A stretch of DNA of 36,198 bases from positions 1 to 36,198 of IMG/VR virus record IMGVR_UViG_3300025608_000047. The stretch is one strand, 5' to 3'. The position numbers and the translations under genes were made by a program. Below the pieces are notes generated by a model that saw nothing but the letters and a program-made list of their open reading frames with translations, made no database searches and was not told the origin of the DNA. This DNA comes from a virus. Taxonomy: Duplodnaviria > Caudoviricetes. The first letter of the stretch is position 1. Every line of letters starts with the position of its first letter. This document shows, one piece after another, positions 9,602 through 19,167 of this stretch.

Positions 9602-10542
9602 TCATCCCCTTTTAATCCATGTGCGTTATAGTCTGTTACCCGTTTCTCAAAGAAATTAGAAATCGAGGAACCACCCAAAAGCTCTTCCATCCACGGTAAA
9701 GGGTTCTCCTTAACCTTCCAGTTCGTCTTGAGGCCAAGTTGGAGTAGTCTGCGGTCTGCGAGGTAGCGAATGTACTGTTTGACATCTGTCGCTGACAGAC
9801 CTTCCAAGTCACCCATCTCATACGCAAGATCAATAACTTTGTCTTCAAGTTTGACTGCAGTACGAAACATTTCGTATATATCTTTCTTAAAATCATCATT
9901 AACAATGCGTGGATGTTCATTACAGAACTCTCTAAATAACTTAGCCATGCCTTCAGCGTGTTGGCTCTCATCTCTAACAGACCATTCTACAACCGTACAC
10001 ATGCCCGGCATCTTGCCGAATCGCTGATAGTTCAACAGCATCGCAAAGGCACTGAACAACGACATACCTTCATTCAACACTGAACGTGCAATTGCAAGGG
10101 CTGTACCGCTGATAGAATTTACGTCTAATCCGGACATGAACTCCAGTTTTGCAGACATTTGCTGATACTCTAAAAATGCTGTGAACTCCTCTTCAGGAAG
10201 TCCAAGAGTGTCATTGAGTAAGGCGTATGCTCGTTGATGGATGAACTCACGTGAAGCAAAGGCTGTGAGCATGGCTCTGATTTCATTGTTCTTGAACTTG
10301 GGAATGTAATACTCAAGATAGTTTGTTCCAACCGCCACGTCCGTTTGTGTAAATAACCGCAGGATTTGGGTGATATGGTTTTTCTCTGCCTCCGATAACA
10401 CCCCTGATTTCCAGTGATTGACATCTGTCTGTAACTCCAGTTCATCTTCAATCCAATGAATACGCTCATGCTCTGTGGCGTATGTGACTGCCCAAGGGTA
10501 AGCAAAGGGCTTGTATGTTGTGTTACTCTCCAGTAGGGGCAT
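9589..10542 (-). CDS. nrdB: Ribonucleotide reductase class I beta subunit
   Basis: YKPFAYPWA; ligand motifs FTQTD, EFIHQRAY (radical Tyr), EGMSLFSAF, DESQH; NFFEKRVTDY. Confidence 0.95.
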   Translation of the reverse strand: MPLLESNTTYKPFAYPWAVTYATEHERIHWIEDELELQTDVNHWKSGVLSEAEKNHITQILRLFTQTDVAVGTNYLEYYIPKFKNNEIRAMLTAFASREFIHQRAYALLNDTLGLPEEEFTAFLEYQQMSAKLEFMSGLDVNSISGTALAIARSVLNEGMSLFSAFAMLLNYQRFGKMPGMCTVVEWSVRDESQHAEGMAKLFREFCNEHPRIVNDDFKKDIYEMFRTAVKLEDKVIDLAYEMGDLEGLSATDVKQYIRYLADRRLLQLGLKTNWKVKENPLPWMEELLGGSSISNFFEKRVTDYNAHGLKGDDWGW

Positions 10543-10735
10543 CTAAGTTCTCCAGTTCTGTTTGATTCTGATATATTACATTCATCAGGTTATTGTTATG
10601 GTATTGAAGTCTTTCTATCTCGCTGTATGATTTTTGTAAGATCGTAAAACAATCATTCAGTAATCGTCTGTTAAAGGGGTCAGAGTCCTTAATGATATCC
10701 AGTCTTTTAATTAGATTGCTTATTTCTTCTTTCAT
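10523..10735 (-). CDS. Hypothetical protein
   Basis: Probable start MKEEIS after GGAGG; overlaps the nrdB start. Confidence 0.6.
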   Translation of the reverse strand: MKEEISNLIKRLDIIKDSDPFNRRLLNDCFTILQKSYSEIERLQYHNNNLMNVIYQNQTELENLDAPTGE

Positions 10736-10961
10736 GTGCTTCCTCCTCTTGCTGTGAGCCTTTAGCAATTTCAACCAAATCTTCTTTAGTCGTATGTTTA
10801 AGCTCATAGCCCTCCTCCTTGTTTATCGCCAGCTTTAGCAAATGTGTCAGTCCTACCTCAACCAACAACCGTGTAGCCTCTACATCTGTTTCAATCTCTA
10901 GGTTAGCAGACCCGTCTTCATTCTCTTCCAATCGTTTAACTTGGATCATTCCGGTTTCCAT
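10707..10961 (-). CDS. Hypothetical protein
   Basis: Probable start METGMIQ after AGGAGA; EENEDGSA motif. Confidence 0.6.
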   Translation of the reverse strand: METGMIQVKRLEENEDGSANLEIETDVEATRLLVEVGLTHLLKLAINKEEGYELKHTTKEDLVEIAKGSQQEEEAHERRNKQSN

Positions 10962-11083
10962 ATTTTCTCCTTTGCATAGGAATACTATGCATAGATAATT
11001 ACATTTTATGTAATGTACTTCCACTTTTCTTCGGATATTATGTTATCTATTTAGCGTTTTCTTAACACGTTATAGACAATATG

Positions 11084-12841
11084 TTATCCTTGACAACTCA
11101 CACAGACTTCATCATCTTCAAAGTCCTTCAGAGCATTGCGGTCTACCTTAGTTCCAACTTTCTCTGCTGTAACACCCGCAGTCGTTCTAAGATAATATAA
11201 TCCTTTAAGCCCTTCCTTCCATGCCTTGAGATGTACCTGATTGACAATAGCCTTGTCAGTACCCGCCGGGAAGAACACATTAACCGATTGTCCTTGACAA
11301 ATGAACTCTTGTCTTTTGGCGGCATGCTCAACAACCCATGTCTGATCCAGTTCAAACGCTGTTTTAAATACAGCCCTCTCGTCATCGGATAGGAACTCCA
11401 AGTGCTGTACAGAGCCTTCATTCTCAAGAATGCTTTGCCACACCTTCTTTGTGTTCTGATTATACTCATCTAAGAGTTCCTCCAAGTACGTATTGCGAAC
11501 AGTATGACTGCCAGCCCTAGTACGATGCACGTAGCAATTTGATATACGGGGTTCAATACTAGCAGAACACCCACATAAGATGCTAGAATTAGCGTTAGGA
11601 GCAATAGCCAACAGATGCATATTTCTAACACCATAACCCACCCCATCAGGACATTCAGAACGCTCCACAGCGAGTGAGTAGGTAGCCTCGACAGCTTGGG
11701 CTTTGATTTCTTTGAAGATGTTGTAGTTTTCACTAGCGGCCTGCCATGACTCCCAAGCTATGCCTTTGCTTTGGAGGTATCCGTGGAATCCCATTGCTCC
11801 CAAACCGATTGAACGCTCTCTGTAAGCTGAGTAGACAGCTTTTCCAAGTTCTTCTGGTGCGTTGTCGATAAAGTATTGAAGCACGTTGTCCAAGAATCGC
11901 ACAAGGTCTGCAACCATGCTACTTGTTCGCCACTCATCGTACTTTTCGAGGTTGACGGAGCTGAGGCAACAGACTGCTGTGCGTTCTTCACTTGTTGCGA
12001 GATGGATTTCGTTGCAGAGGTTACTGCCATTAATTGACAATCCAAGTTTTCTTTGAGCTTCTGGTAAGCCTCGTCTGGCTGTGTCGATAAAGTTAAGGTA
12101 AGGACTGCCAGTTCTGAAGCGAGCTTCAAGTATTCGTTGCCAAAGTTTGCGAGCTTTGACTGTATCTCTGACAATTCCTGTACTTGGATCTGTAAGGTTC
12201 CATTCTGTATCATTGATTACTGCCTCCATAAAATCATCTGTGATGTTCACAGCGTTAAAAAGATTAAAACATTTGCGATTGATGTCACCACCGGTCGCTA
12301 CTTTAAAAGAAACAAACTCCTCGATGTCGGGATGGCTTACGTCTAAGTAGGCGGCGTAGCTTCCCTTCCGTGTTTTACCTTGCTTGTAGGCTGTCATCTG
12401 AGCGTCAACAACCTTCATAAATGGGATAGGCCCGGGAGCTTTGTCACTGACTCCACGAACATCACCCCAATGACCTCCAACACCTCCGCCTTTAACAGAC
12501 AGCCATGCTACCTCAGCATTATGCTCAATAAGGCTATCAAGATTGTCGCCCACGTAAGTAAGGAAACAACTAATAGGCAAGCCCCGATTGTTTCTGCCAT
12601 GTTCAGGTGCGTTCGAAAGCACAGGTGACGCAAACATAAACCAACCTTTCGAAGCATAATCATAAATCCTTTGAGCAAGATCGAGATCACCATCGCAGTA
12701 AGCCACTGAAGCCCTTGCAAAGGCTTGCTGAGGAGACTGTTCATGATCGAGCATGTAGTAGTCATGCATGAGTTTAATTGCTTGATCACTGAGTCTAAAG
12801 TCTCTTTCATAATCAATCGTTATCCCAAGGTATTGTGTCAT
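11084..12841 (-). CDS. nrdA: Ribonucleotide reductase class I alpha subunit (no ATP cone)
   Basis: ASPVLSN, PISCF, SNLCNEI, AIAPNANSS, GLYYLRT, C-terminal CVSCQG; likely start MTQYLG after GGAG. Confidence 0.95.
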   Translation of the reverse strand: MTQYLGITIDYERDFRLSDQAIKLMHDYYMLDHEQSPQQAFARASVAYCDGDLDLAQRIYDYASKGWFMFASPVLSNAPEHGRNNRGLPISCFLTYVGDNLDSLIEHNAEVAWLSVKGGGVGGHWGDVRGVSDKAPGPIPFMKVVDAQMTAYKQGKTRKGSYAAYLDVSHPDIEEFVSFKVATGGDINRKCFNLFNAVNITDDFMEAVINDTEWNLTDPSTGIVRDTVKARKLWQRILEARFRTGSPYLNFIDTARRGLPEAQRKLGLSINGSNLCNEIHLATSEERTAVCCLSSVNLEKYDEWRTSSMVADLVRFLDNVLQYFIDNAPEELGKAVYSAYRERSIGLGAMGFHGYLQSKGIAWESWQAASENYNIFKEIKAQAVEATYSLAVERSECPDGVGYGVRNMHLLAIAPNANSSILCGCSASIEPRISNCYVHRTRAGSHTVRNTYLEELLDEYNQNTKKVWQSILENEGSVQHLEFLSDDERAVFKTAFELDQTWVVEHAAKRQEFICQGQSVNVFFPAGTDKAIVNQVHLKAWKEGLKGLYYLRTTAGVTAEKVGTKVDRNALKDFEDDEVCVSCQG

Positions 12842-12992
12842 CGAATTGGCTCTCCAGAGTTTCGTATTGTTCTTCAATCAAATCAGCGCATCGATTTACG
12901 ATGTCTTCTGAGGTTAGCTCTAACAGTTCTATTAAAGAAACCTCGTCCAACTGCTGTAACTTTTCTTTCAGTTCTTCTATCGTTAACGACAT
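12813..12992 (-). CDS. Acidic hypothetical protein, 59 aa (not in ORF track)
   Basis: Hand translation MSLTIEELKEKLQQLDEVSLIELLELTSEDIVNRCADLIEEQYETLESQFDDTIPWDND; fills the gap before nrdA. Confidence 0.7.
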   Translation of the reverse strand: MSLTIEELKEKLQQLDEVSLIELLELTSEDIVNRCADLIEEQYETLESQFDDTIPWDND

Positions 12993-13007
12993 GCGGAACC
13001 ATCCATT

Positions 13008-13262
13008 TTAATACAACTCAATCAGTTTGTCAAGATAATGTCGAGCCTTTTTAAGATCAGTCTTGCCACCTTTCTCATCACATCTCGCTACGTACTTGAT
13101 AATGTTACCTTGAAGATATCCTAAGAATTTTTCTTCCGACATCCACGATTCCATTGCATCCCAAGGTTGAATGGATTTGCTTGTATAGTGATCACCTGCA
13201 ACTTGATGATCTCTAGCAAAGTTACAATCAAACTCTTCAGCCATTTCATTCAAATCAATCAT
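13008..13262 (-). CDS. DUF3310 (SaV-like) protein
   Basis: QVAGDHY, GYLQGNIIKYVAR, DLKKARHYL motifs. Confidence 0.85.
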   Translation of the reverse strand: MIDLNEMAEEFDCNFARDHQVAGDHYTSKSIQPWDAMESWMSEEKFLGYLQGNIIKYVARCDEKGGKTDLKKARHYLDKLIELY

Positions 13263-13681
13263 TTCTTTACCAGCTCCATAAAGTGTTCCAAATCTACAAC
13301 AGCAAGAGGCTTCGCCCGGTCTTGTTTTAGGACGAGTAAAGGTTCATAGTCTCCGTGGCCTGTTGCTTGCTCATAGTGCTTGTAGATCGATATCTTAGCA
13401 AGGTTCTTACACTCAATACAGTATGGCATCAACTTTCGTGCCGCAGGTGACAACTGAACATCTTCACCCCCTGCACCCATCGATGTACTACGTACATCAT
13501 CAGCTTCCAGTGCAGGGAAGGCAGAGAGGATAGAATCTCTAACAGTCTGTTGGAGTCTCCTACCTTTCGCTTTCGCTGACTGTGGGCTGATACCTGTACT
13601 TCGTGTAGCCTTTCTTTTGCTCTTTCTTGCGGTCTGTGAAGACCTTGGCTTTGTTGAACTTGGCATGGTGTTTATGTACAA
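13259..13681 (-). CDS. Putative Holliday junction resolvase (PD-(D/E)xK)
   Basis: KAKGRRLQ, SMGAGGEDV, IECKN, PLLVLKQDR; exact start uncertain. Confidence 0.75.
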   Translation of the reverse strand: MYINTMPSSTKPRSSQTARKSKRKATRSTGISPQSAKAKGRRLQQTVRDSILSAFPALEADDVRSTSMGAGGEDVQLSPAARKLMPYCIECKNLAKISIYKHYEQATGHGDYEPLLVLKQDRAKPLAVVDLEHFMELVKK

Positions 13682-14358
13682 AGTTCCTGTGGCGGTGCGA
13701 ACGTGTCATCTTGATGTCTCAACATATACAATAAGTGACCGTTCTCAACAGCACGGTCATAGCCAAGCAGATCAACACAGACTTCCCACATTTGGTCTTC
13801 TGTCTTACCTGCTAATAACTTTTCCGCTTTGACTTCACCGATACCCCGTACACCAACAATGTTGTCCACACGATCCCCTGTTAGCATTTGCTTGTAGAAT
13901 CTAAACAAACCCTCAGCAGGATCAATATGGTACAACGATTTCTTAGAAAAATTATAATGCCAACCGGGGACTTGATCGAGGTCTTTGTCAAGACTGACGA
14001 TCACGCTAGATTCACCTAGCTCAGTCGCCCGGATAGCCAACATATCATCTGCTTCGATACCTTGTGACACTGTGGCCGACCAAGAGTCAACTAAGTATTC
14101 CCGGAGCAGGTGATAGTGTACAGGCTTTGCCGTACCTGTACGATTGCCCTTATATGGTGCAGTGACAGCAATGTCATTGCGGAAATTATCTTTACCAGTT
14201 AGGTGAAGTTCCCATGTCTGAACCTCTGTTAAGTCCACTAACAGCAAGTCTTCCAAGAAGTGAGCCATCGTAGTGATGACTACACTCTCAGATTCTTCAT
14301 TGCATGCGAACCCTATACGGTAGTTCAGGATATCTGCATCAATCAGGGCATGTTGCAT
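13672..14358 (-). CDS. 5'-3' exonuclease (T7 gp6-like)
   Basis: LIDAD, NFR, YKGNR, EADD, DKDLDQVPG, GDRVDNIVGVRGIGEVKA. Confidence 0.9.
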   Translation of the reverse strand: MQHALIDADILNYRIGFACNEESESVVITTMAHFLEDLLLVDLTEVQTWELHLTGKDNFRNDIAVTAPYKGNRTGTAKPVHYHLLREYLVDSWSATVSQGIEADDMLAIRATELGESSVIVSLDKDLDQVPGWHYNFSKKSLYHIDPAEGLFRFYKQMLTGDRVDNIVGVRGIGEVKAEKLLAGKTEDQMWEVCVDLLGYDRAVENGHLLYMLRHQDDTFAPPQELCT

Positions 14359-14780
14359 TATAAGATCTCGTCATCGTCCATTGCAACAGCTTCGTCAGAG
14401 GCATCGCCTTCATACGAAACCAACTCAGTGATGACAAGCTTCTTCAGCGATGGGCTACGTCCTGCCTTGTTCTTCCAGTTCCAATCATAGAACCCAACAA
14501 GCGCAACAGACTGCGAACCATTACCGATGCCAATCCCATCGATGACCTCACCATTGGAGTCATAAGCACGGATAGGATTGTTAGATTTACAAGTGATAAA
14601 ATATCCCTTGCCATCTTTTTGACCCACTGCCAGCCCCATTGATTCTAAGGCAGACACAGCAGAGTCGGAGAGATTGCACAGATCGACCTGATATTTGTTG
14701 GACATCTCGTTCTTACGATCCATGTATGCCCACATAACGTCAGCCTTAATCTTTACTTTTGAAGTATCATTCATAGTCAT
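14358..14780 (-). CDS. Putative single-stranded DNA-binding protein
   Basis: 140 aa, KYQVDL, IGNGS, acidic tail DDDEIL; lies between pol and exo and has its own promoter. Confidence 0.7.
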   Translation of the reverse strand: MTMNDTSKVKIKADVMWAYMDRKNEMSNKYQVDLCNLSDSAVSALESMGLAVGQKDGKGYFITCKSNNPIRAYDSNGEVIDGIGIGNGSQSVALVGFYDWNWKNKAGRSPSLKKLVITELVSYEGDASDEAVAMDDDEIL

Positions 14781-14806
14781 TATCCTCTATTGGTGACTAA
14801 AGTAAT

Positions 14807-14834
14807 ATTATAACACACTGTTAATGTGTGTCAA
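14807..14834 (-). promoter_or_regulatory. Sigma70 promoter for the SSB-exo-RNR genes
   Basis: Minus strand TTGACA-16-TATAAT with an extended TG; the -35 lies in the last codons of the polymerase gene. Confidence 0.75.
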
Positions 14835-16488
14835 ACCAATTTTTACCGATTTTTGATTCGGCATCTACTGGGCATCGAAAGCCCAAGGTAATCCCGGCTT
14901 GTGAGGCCGCATCGCACATGATTTGTGCAACGTCTTCACCATATCTCTCCGCTGTTTCAATTTGTATTTCGTCATGGACGAACGCAACCTGTTTGACAGG
15001 GATTCGTTTCTGTTGCAATTGTTTGTGCGCTTCAACACACCATTGCTTGGCAATAATAGCACCGCACCCTTGAAGTAGGCTGTTGAGTGCGGCGTGGTCG
15101 TATCTGACCAAAATTCTTCGACCATCAAGGCCCGGTACATACCCTTTTTTCGCCACTTTCGAAACCTTTTGCATAAGCTCAGAGAGTGCAGGGGTGTTAG
15201 AATAAAAACGAAATAAGATTTCATTCCCTTCTTTCGCCCCGCCTCCAACAATACTGCCAACTTTCCTTGGGCCAGCCCCATAAAGCGTGGCGTATATAAG
15301 CGTCTTCGCTTGAGGCCTAGTGATACCTGCGGCATCTGCATTCTTCTGATGGATGTCCCCATTTAACAGTTCCTCTGTCCATTCATCATCCTGCATGTAG
15401 TGTGCAAGACATCTTAATTCGATCCCTGCAAGATCTGTGCCAACAAGTACATTACCGTCATCCACTGTAAACAGTTTACGGCACTCTGCTCCGTAGGGGC
15501 TGTTAACGCTAGGCACTTGTCCCAAATTGGGATTACGATGCGTCATACGTCCTGTAACAGCTCCATTAGTGATGATACCCCCATGTACACGATTGTCCGA
15601 TTTATCGACATGTTTTAACCATGAGTCGATTAGACCGACACGTTTCTGAAGCATGAGATACTCAGCAATAAGCTGGGCTTCCGGGATATCAATTCCCTTC
15701 AACGTCCCTTCGTCCACAATTGGTTGGCCTTTCTCCGTATGCTTTGTTGGCTTCCATCCTAGAGTCATCAGACGCTCAGATATCTGCTTACGTGAAGCAA
15801 GGTTGAAAATTGTGACTTTATCCTTCAGTCTTTTACCAGTCTTTTCAGACCAACGCTCTTCTGTAATCGGCGGGAAAACTGATTGAACCTCGTCTTCAAT
15901 AATTCCCATTCGATCCGACAGTTCAGCACGAAGAGTCTCAGCATTACTAACATCCAGTTTGAAACCGTTGTCTTCCTGTCGTTTACAGATAACTGCGATG
16001 TCGTGTTCCAATAGTATACTCTGCGAGGAATCACGCCATTCTTTAAAGCCTTGTAACAGGTGACGATAGAGCGTCCTAGTGAGTTTGACATCTTGAATAC
16101 AGTAGTCCTGCATTTCTTGAGTAAGTCCACTATCAAAGTCCTCATAGTTAAATTCAATCTTCTGATCGCCAAGACGTTGACCCCATGCCTTCAGGCTGTG
16201 GCCGCCTTCTAGCTGTGGATTCAAAAGCCTTGAAAGTATCAACGTGTCTACCGCTTTCGATTTCGGTATCCCAATGTTCCAAACTTTCCGCAACACTGGT
16301 GCATCGAAACCAATTAAGTTGTGACCGATGATTTGATCGTATGCCTTTACCAGTGGAGCTAGCGTTGACGGATCTGTATGACATAGTATCTCCTGTGTCT
16401 CAACATCCTGCGTTACACAAAGCCAAATCGTGCTGTGGACACTGTTCGTCTCGATGTCCAGTATCAGTTGTTTGGTTGCGGTATTCAT
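14821..16488 (-). CDS. polA: Family A DNA polymerase (T7-like)
   Basis: Exonuclease motifs DIET, GHNLIGFD, YCIQD; polymerase motifs TGR, DLAGIELR, KTLIYATLYG, VHDE. Confidence 0.95.
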   Translation of the reverse strand: MNTATKQLILDIETNSVHSTIWLCVTQDVETQEILCHTDPSTLAPLVKAYDQIIGHNLIGFDAPVLRKVWNIGIPKSKAVDTLILSRLLNPQLEGGHSLKAWGQRLGDQKIEFNYEDFDSGLTQEMQDYCIQDVKLTRTLYRHLLQGFKEWRDSSQSILLEHDIAVICKRQEDNGFKLDVSNAETLRAELSDRMGIIEDEVQSVFPPITEERWSEKTGKRLKDKVTIFNLASRKQISERLMTLGWKPTKHTEKGQPIVDEGTLKGIDIPEAQLIAEYLMLQKRVGLIDSWLKHVDKSDNRVHGGIITNGAVTGRMTHRNPNLGQVPSVNSPYGAECRKLFTVDDGNVLVGTDLAGIELRCLAHYMQDDEWTEELLNGDIHQKNADAAGITRPQAKTLIYATLYGAGPRKVGSIVGGGAKEGNEILFRFYSNTPALSELMQKVSKVAKKGYVPGLDGRRILVRYDHAALNSLLQGCGAIIAKQWCVEAHKQLQQKRIPVKQVAFVHDEIQIETAERYGEDVAQIMCDAASQAGITLGFRCPVDAESKIGKNWFDTH

Positions 16489-16990
16489 TCATTGCCTCTT
16501 TAATTACAGGGATGTACGTTTTAAACCATTCACCTTTACGATCAAAACACTTAGGGTGTTTCTCTAACAGTCTGTGAATTTCACTCTCTGCCATGTGTCT
16601 GTTATCGAAATGTTCTGAATAGCATAACACATAATCACGGAATGGTGAAGAGGTTTGATAACCATTTAATCGATCTTCTGCACTCACAGCCTTACCGACT
16701 TTATACCAATCAGTCCACGCACTGTTGCGAATGATGTAAACCTCACCCTGTGTTGACTTTGTGTCAATCTCTGTATGGCTCCATGCATCATCTAAAGTCT
16801 TAAACCGTCCAGGCTTCCATAACGGGTGTGACTTCGGTATAAATTTTCCGTTAATATAGCATCGTTCATCGTTCTTTTGCTTTTTACAATCAAAGCAATA
16901 CCATTGTGGGCGATTTCGTGCATGGTGAAAATGAAACCGATCCAACGGTAATTCTTTTTTACAGCCTGAGCAGACCTGAGTATCTGTCAT
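16400..16990 (-). CDS. GIY-YIG / T5orf172-like endonuclease with N-terminal Zn finger
   Basis: CSGC...CFDC; GEVYII..WYKVGKA..RLNGYQTSSP..ESEIH..GEWF. Confidence 0.75.
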   Translation of the reverse strand: MTDTQVCSGCKKELPLDRFHFHHARNRPQWYCFDCKKQKNDERCYINGKFIPKSHPLWKPGRFKTLDDAWSHTEIDTKSTQGEVYIIRNSAWTDWYKVGKAVSAEDRLNGYQTSSPFRDYVLCYSEHFDNRHMAESEIHRLLEKHPKCFDRKGEWFKTYIPVIKEAMNEYRNQTTDTGHRDEQCPQHDLALCNAGC

Positions 16991-18603
16991 AATGCTTCCT
17001 CATCAATTTCTTTCATGCGTCCGGTATCTGCACTATACAGCAATGCACAGGCTTTACCAGTCGTACCGCAGAATCGGTTCTTCAACACACGGACGTAGGT
17101 TGTATTACGCTCTACCAGATCATCGGCTTGACCATTACGCTCTAAGCCAATCACCATGTCAGAGAGCTGTGCAATGGATCCAGAGCCTCTGAGCTGTGCG
17201 AGTGACGTTGCCGCACCCTCTTCATGTCCTCTAGATTCTGGACGTTTGAGGTGTGATACTACAATGAGGCTGATACCCGTTTCCTGTACCAGCATCCGTA
17301 GCTTGGTCATGATCTCATCTATCGCTTTACGCTCATCCCCGTTAGACTGAGCAGAAACAATGATACTGATATGATCAACAAACACATAATCACATCGAGC
17401 GACTTTGGCAAGGTAGCGAACACGACTGATGATATTATCAACATTACTGGAACCGAAATGATCAAAGAGATACAGACGATCTGTACCAAGGGTTTGATTA
17501 AAGGCATCGTCTTTTTCCTGTTGGGTTGCTAGAGTGTCTGGTAAATGCAAAGGCTTGTTAGCCGCTAAAGACATCAACGACAGTCCAGTCTTCCGGGTTG
17601 ACTCTTCTAAGAACATCATACCGATGTTGGCTGTGGTGTTCTGAATGATATGCCAGATCACCTCACGTAAGAACTGTGACTTACCTAGACCAGATCCTGC
17701 TGTCACAGTGACTAGCTCTTCCTTACGAAGTCCATAGGTTAGCTTATTCAGTCCTCCAAATGGGTAGTCTACGTCAGACTTCTGTACCGGCCTCATCACC
17801 TCCTCATAGAGATTAGAGCCTGCTACAATCCCGTCAGGAGTCCAACGCTCTGCTTTCCGCACTGCATTGATATACTCTGCTGAACGATTGTTCTGTAAGA
17901 AGTCTGATGCATCCTTCAGTCCATTAACAGCAACAACACAGGATGCTTTGTGACTGAACAGCTCTGCACACTGTGACTGAGCTTCTAAGCCCGGTTGATC
18001 AGAGTCAAAGTGAAAGACAACATGATCAAAGCTATCTAGATACTCATAGTTCGCTTCACAGTCCTTTAGAGCTGACTGCGCTCCGTTTCTAACAGAGACA
18101 CAGGCGACCTTACTCGCTGTGAGCATCTGATAGGCTGACATCGCATCAAACTCACCTTCAGTGACAATAATCGTTTTACCGCCTGAAGGGAATTTATCCT
18201 GTCCGAAGAGATCTGTACCAGCACTCCATTGACCCTCAATCTTAAACTTCTTTTCAGACTGGTTACGGATCTTAGCGGCTTGATTACGATTGTAAGGAAA
18301 GACAATATCATCGCCTCTTAAACCAACACCATAGACCTCACACGTATGATAGTTAAGTTTCCTATCACGTAAGTCAGTGTAAATTAGCCCCTGAGACGCA
18401 TTGTAAGCCTCTGTATCGGACGATCTCTGTTTAGGTGATGATACCCTACCACGCATAGGTATTACCTCTGCTGTTATCCCTGAATTTTCAGGAGGGATGT
18501 TAGAGCCACAGCTAAAGCAGTGACCCCAACCGTTATCATTGATTGCGAATGCATCGGAGCTGTTACATTTAGGACAGCCGATGTGTGTGTCAACGAACGC
18601 CAT
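16987..18603 (-). CDS. Primase-helicase (T7 gp4-like)
   Basis: Zn finger CPKC/CFSC, TOPRIM EGEFDA and FDSD, Walker A AGSGLGKS, VDH, VSHL, LRGSGSIAQLSD, KNR. Confidence 0.95.
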   Translation of the reverse strand: MAFVDTHIGCPKCNSSDAFAINDNGWGHCFSCGSNIPPENSGITAEVIPMRGRVSSPKQRSSDTEAYNASQGLIYTDLRDRKLNYHTCEVYGVGLRGDDIVFPYNRNQAAKIRNQSEKKFKIEGQWSAGTDLFGQDKFPSGGKTIIVTEGEFDAMSAYQMLTASKVACVSVRNGAQSALKDCEANYEYLDSFDHVVFHFDSDQPGLEAQSQCAELFSHKASCVVAVNGLKDASDFLQNNRSAEYINAVRKAERWTPDGIVAGSNLYEEVMRPVQKSDVDYPFGGLNKLTYGLRKEELVTVTAGSGLGKSQFLREVIWHIIQNTTANIGMMFLEESTRKTGLSLMSLAANKPLHLPDTLATQQEKDDAFNQTLGTDRLYLFDHFGSSNVDNIISRVRYLAKVARCDYVFVDHISIIVSAQSNGDERKAIDEIMTKLRMLVQETGISLIVVSHLKRPESRGHEEGAATSLAQLRGSGSIAQLSDMVIGLERNGQADDLVERNTTYVRVLKNRFCGTTGKACALLYSADTGRMKEIDEEAL

Positions 18604-18785
18604 TAAAGTTTCCCTAGATAGTATGTGAGTTTGTTGATTGCGTCAGTGATTGAGCCAGAGATACTGTCCAACTCGTCATCTTCAACATCACCTGTGTCGC
18701 TGATTAGTTTGTCAGCGCCTTCTAGTTCTTTAAGAGCCTGTTTGAGCAAAGGCTCCATCGCTCTTCTAACTCTGATATCAATCAT
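18603..18785 (-). CDS. Hypothetical protein
   Basis: 60 aa, overlap-coupled on both sides. Confidence 0.65.
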   Translation of the reverse strand: MIDIRVRRAMEPLLKQALKELEGADKLISDTGDVEDDELDSISGSITDAINKLTYYLGKL

Positions 18786-18970
18786 ACCTTAATACCTCTG
18801 TCATTTAATACGCCTTCTATCATGTCCAAGTGATATTGTTGCATATATTTGTTTGGATTGTGATAGCAACGTATCAGTGTAACATCATCCATTGCCCTAA
18901 GCAAGCGAAGATACTCACCTGCCACTTTAGTGCTTTGATGCATCACCTTGTATGGCGCTGATTGATTCAT
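18782..18970 (-). CDS. Hypothetical protein
   Basis: 62 aa, ATGA overlaps, GGAG RBS. Confidence 0.6.
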   Translation of the reverse strand: MNQSAPYKVMHQSTKVAGEYLRLLRAMDDVTLIRCYHNPNKYMQQYHLDMIEGVLNDRGIKV

Positions 18971-19167
18971 GATGGCTCCTTTAGCTCATTCAGATATTCT
19001 TGGTATCGAACTTCAACGTCAACACCGAATATCGAATAGTATATTGACTCGACTGCAAGCTTGTCAAGTTCTTTCACACGATGGATCTCTTCGATGATCT
19101 CTTCGATACAGAACTTCAACGCCTCATCGTAGTTGTCATCACATCCGGTTTGTGGATCAACTGGCAT
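18967..19167 (-). CDS. Hypothetical acidic protein
   Basis: 66 aa, overlap-coupled. Confidence 0.6.
   Translation of the reverse strand: MPVDPQTGCDDNYDEALKFCIEEIIEEIHRVKELDKLAVESIYYSIFGVDVEVRYQEYLNELKEPS

Noticed and set aside
11021-11050. Functional dif/attP integration site
   Set aside because: Only 8 bases of an XerD arm match and no XerC arm or integrase is evident; kept only as a partial motif.
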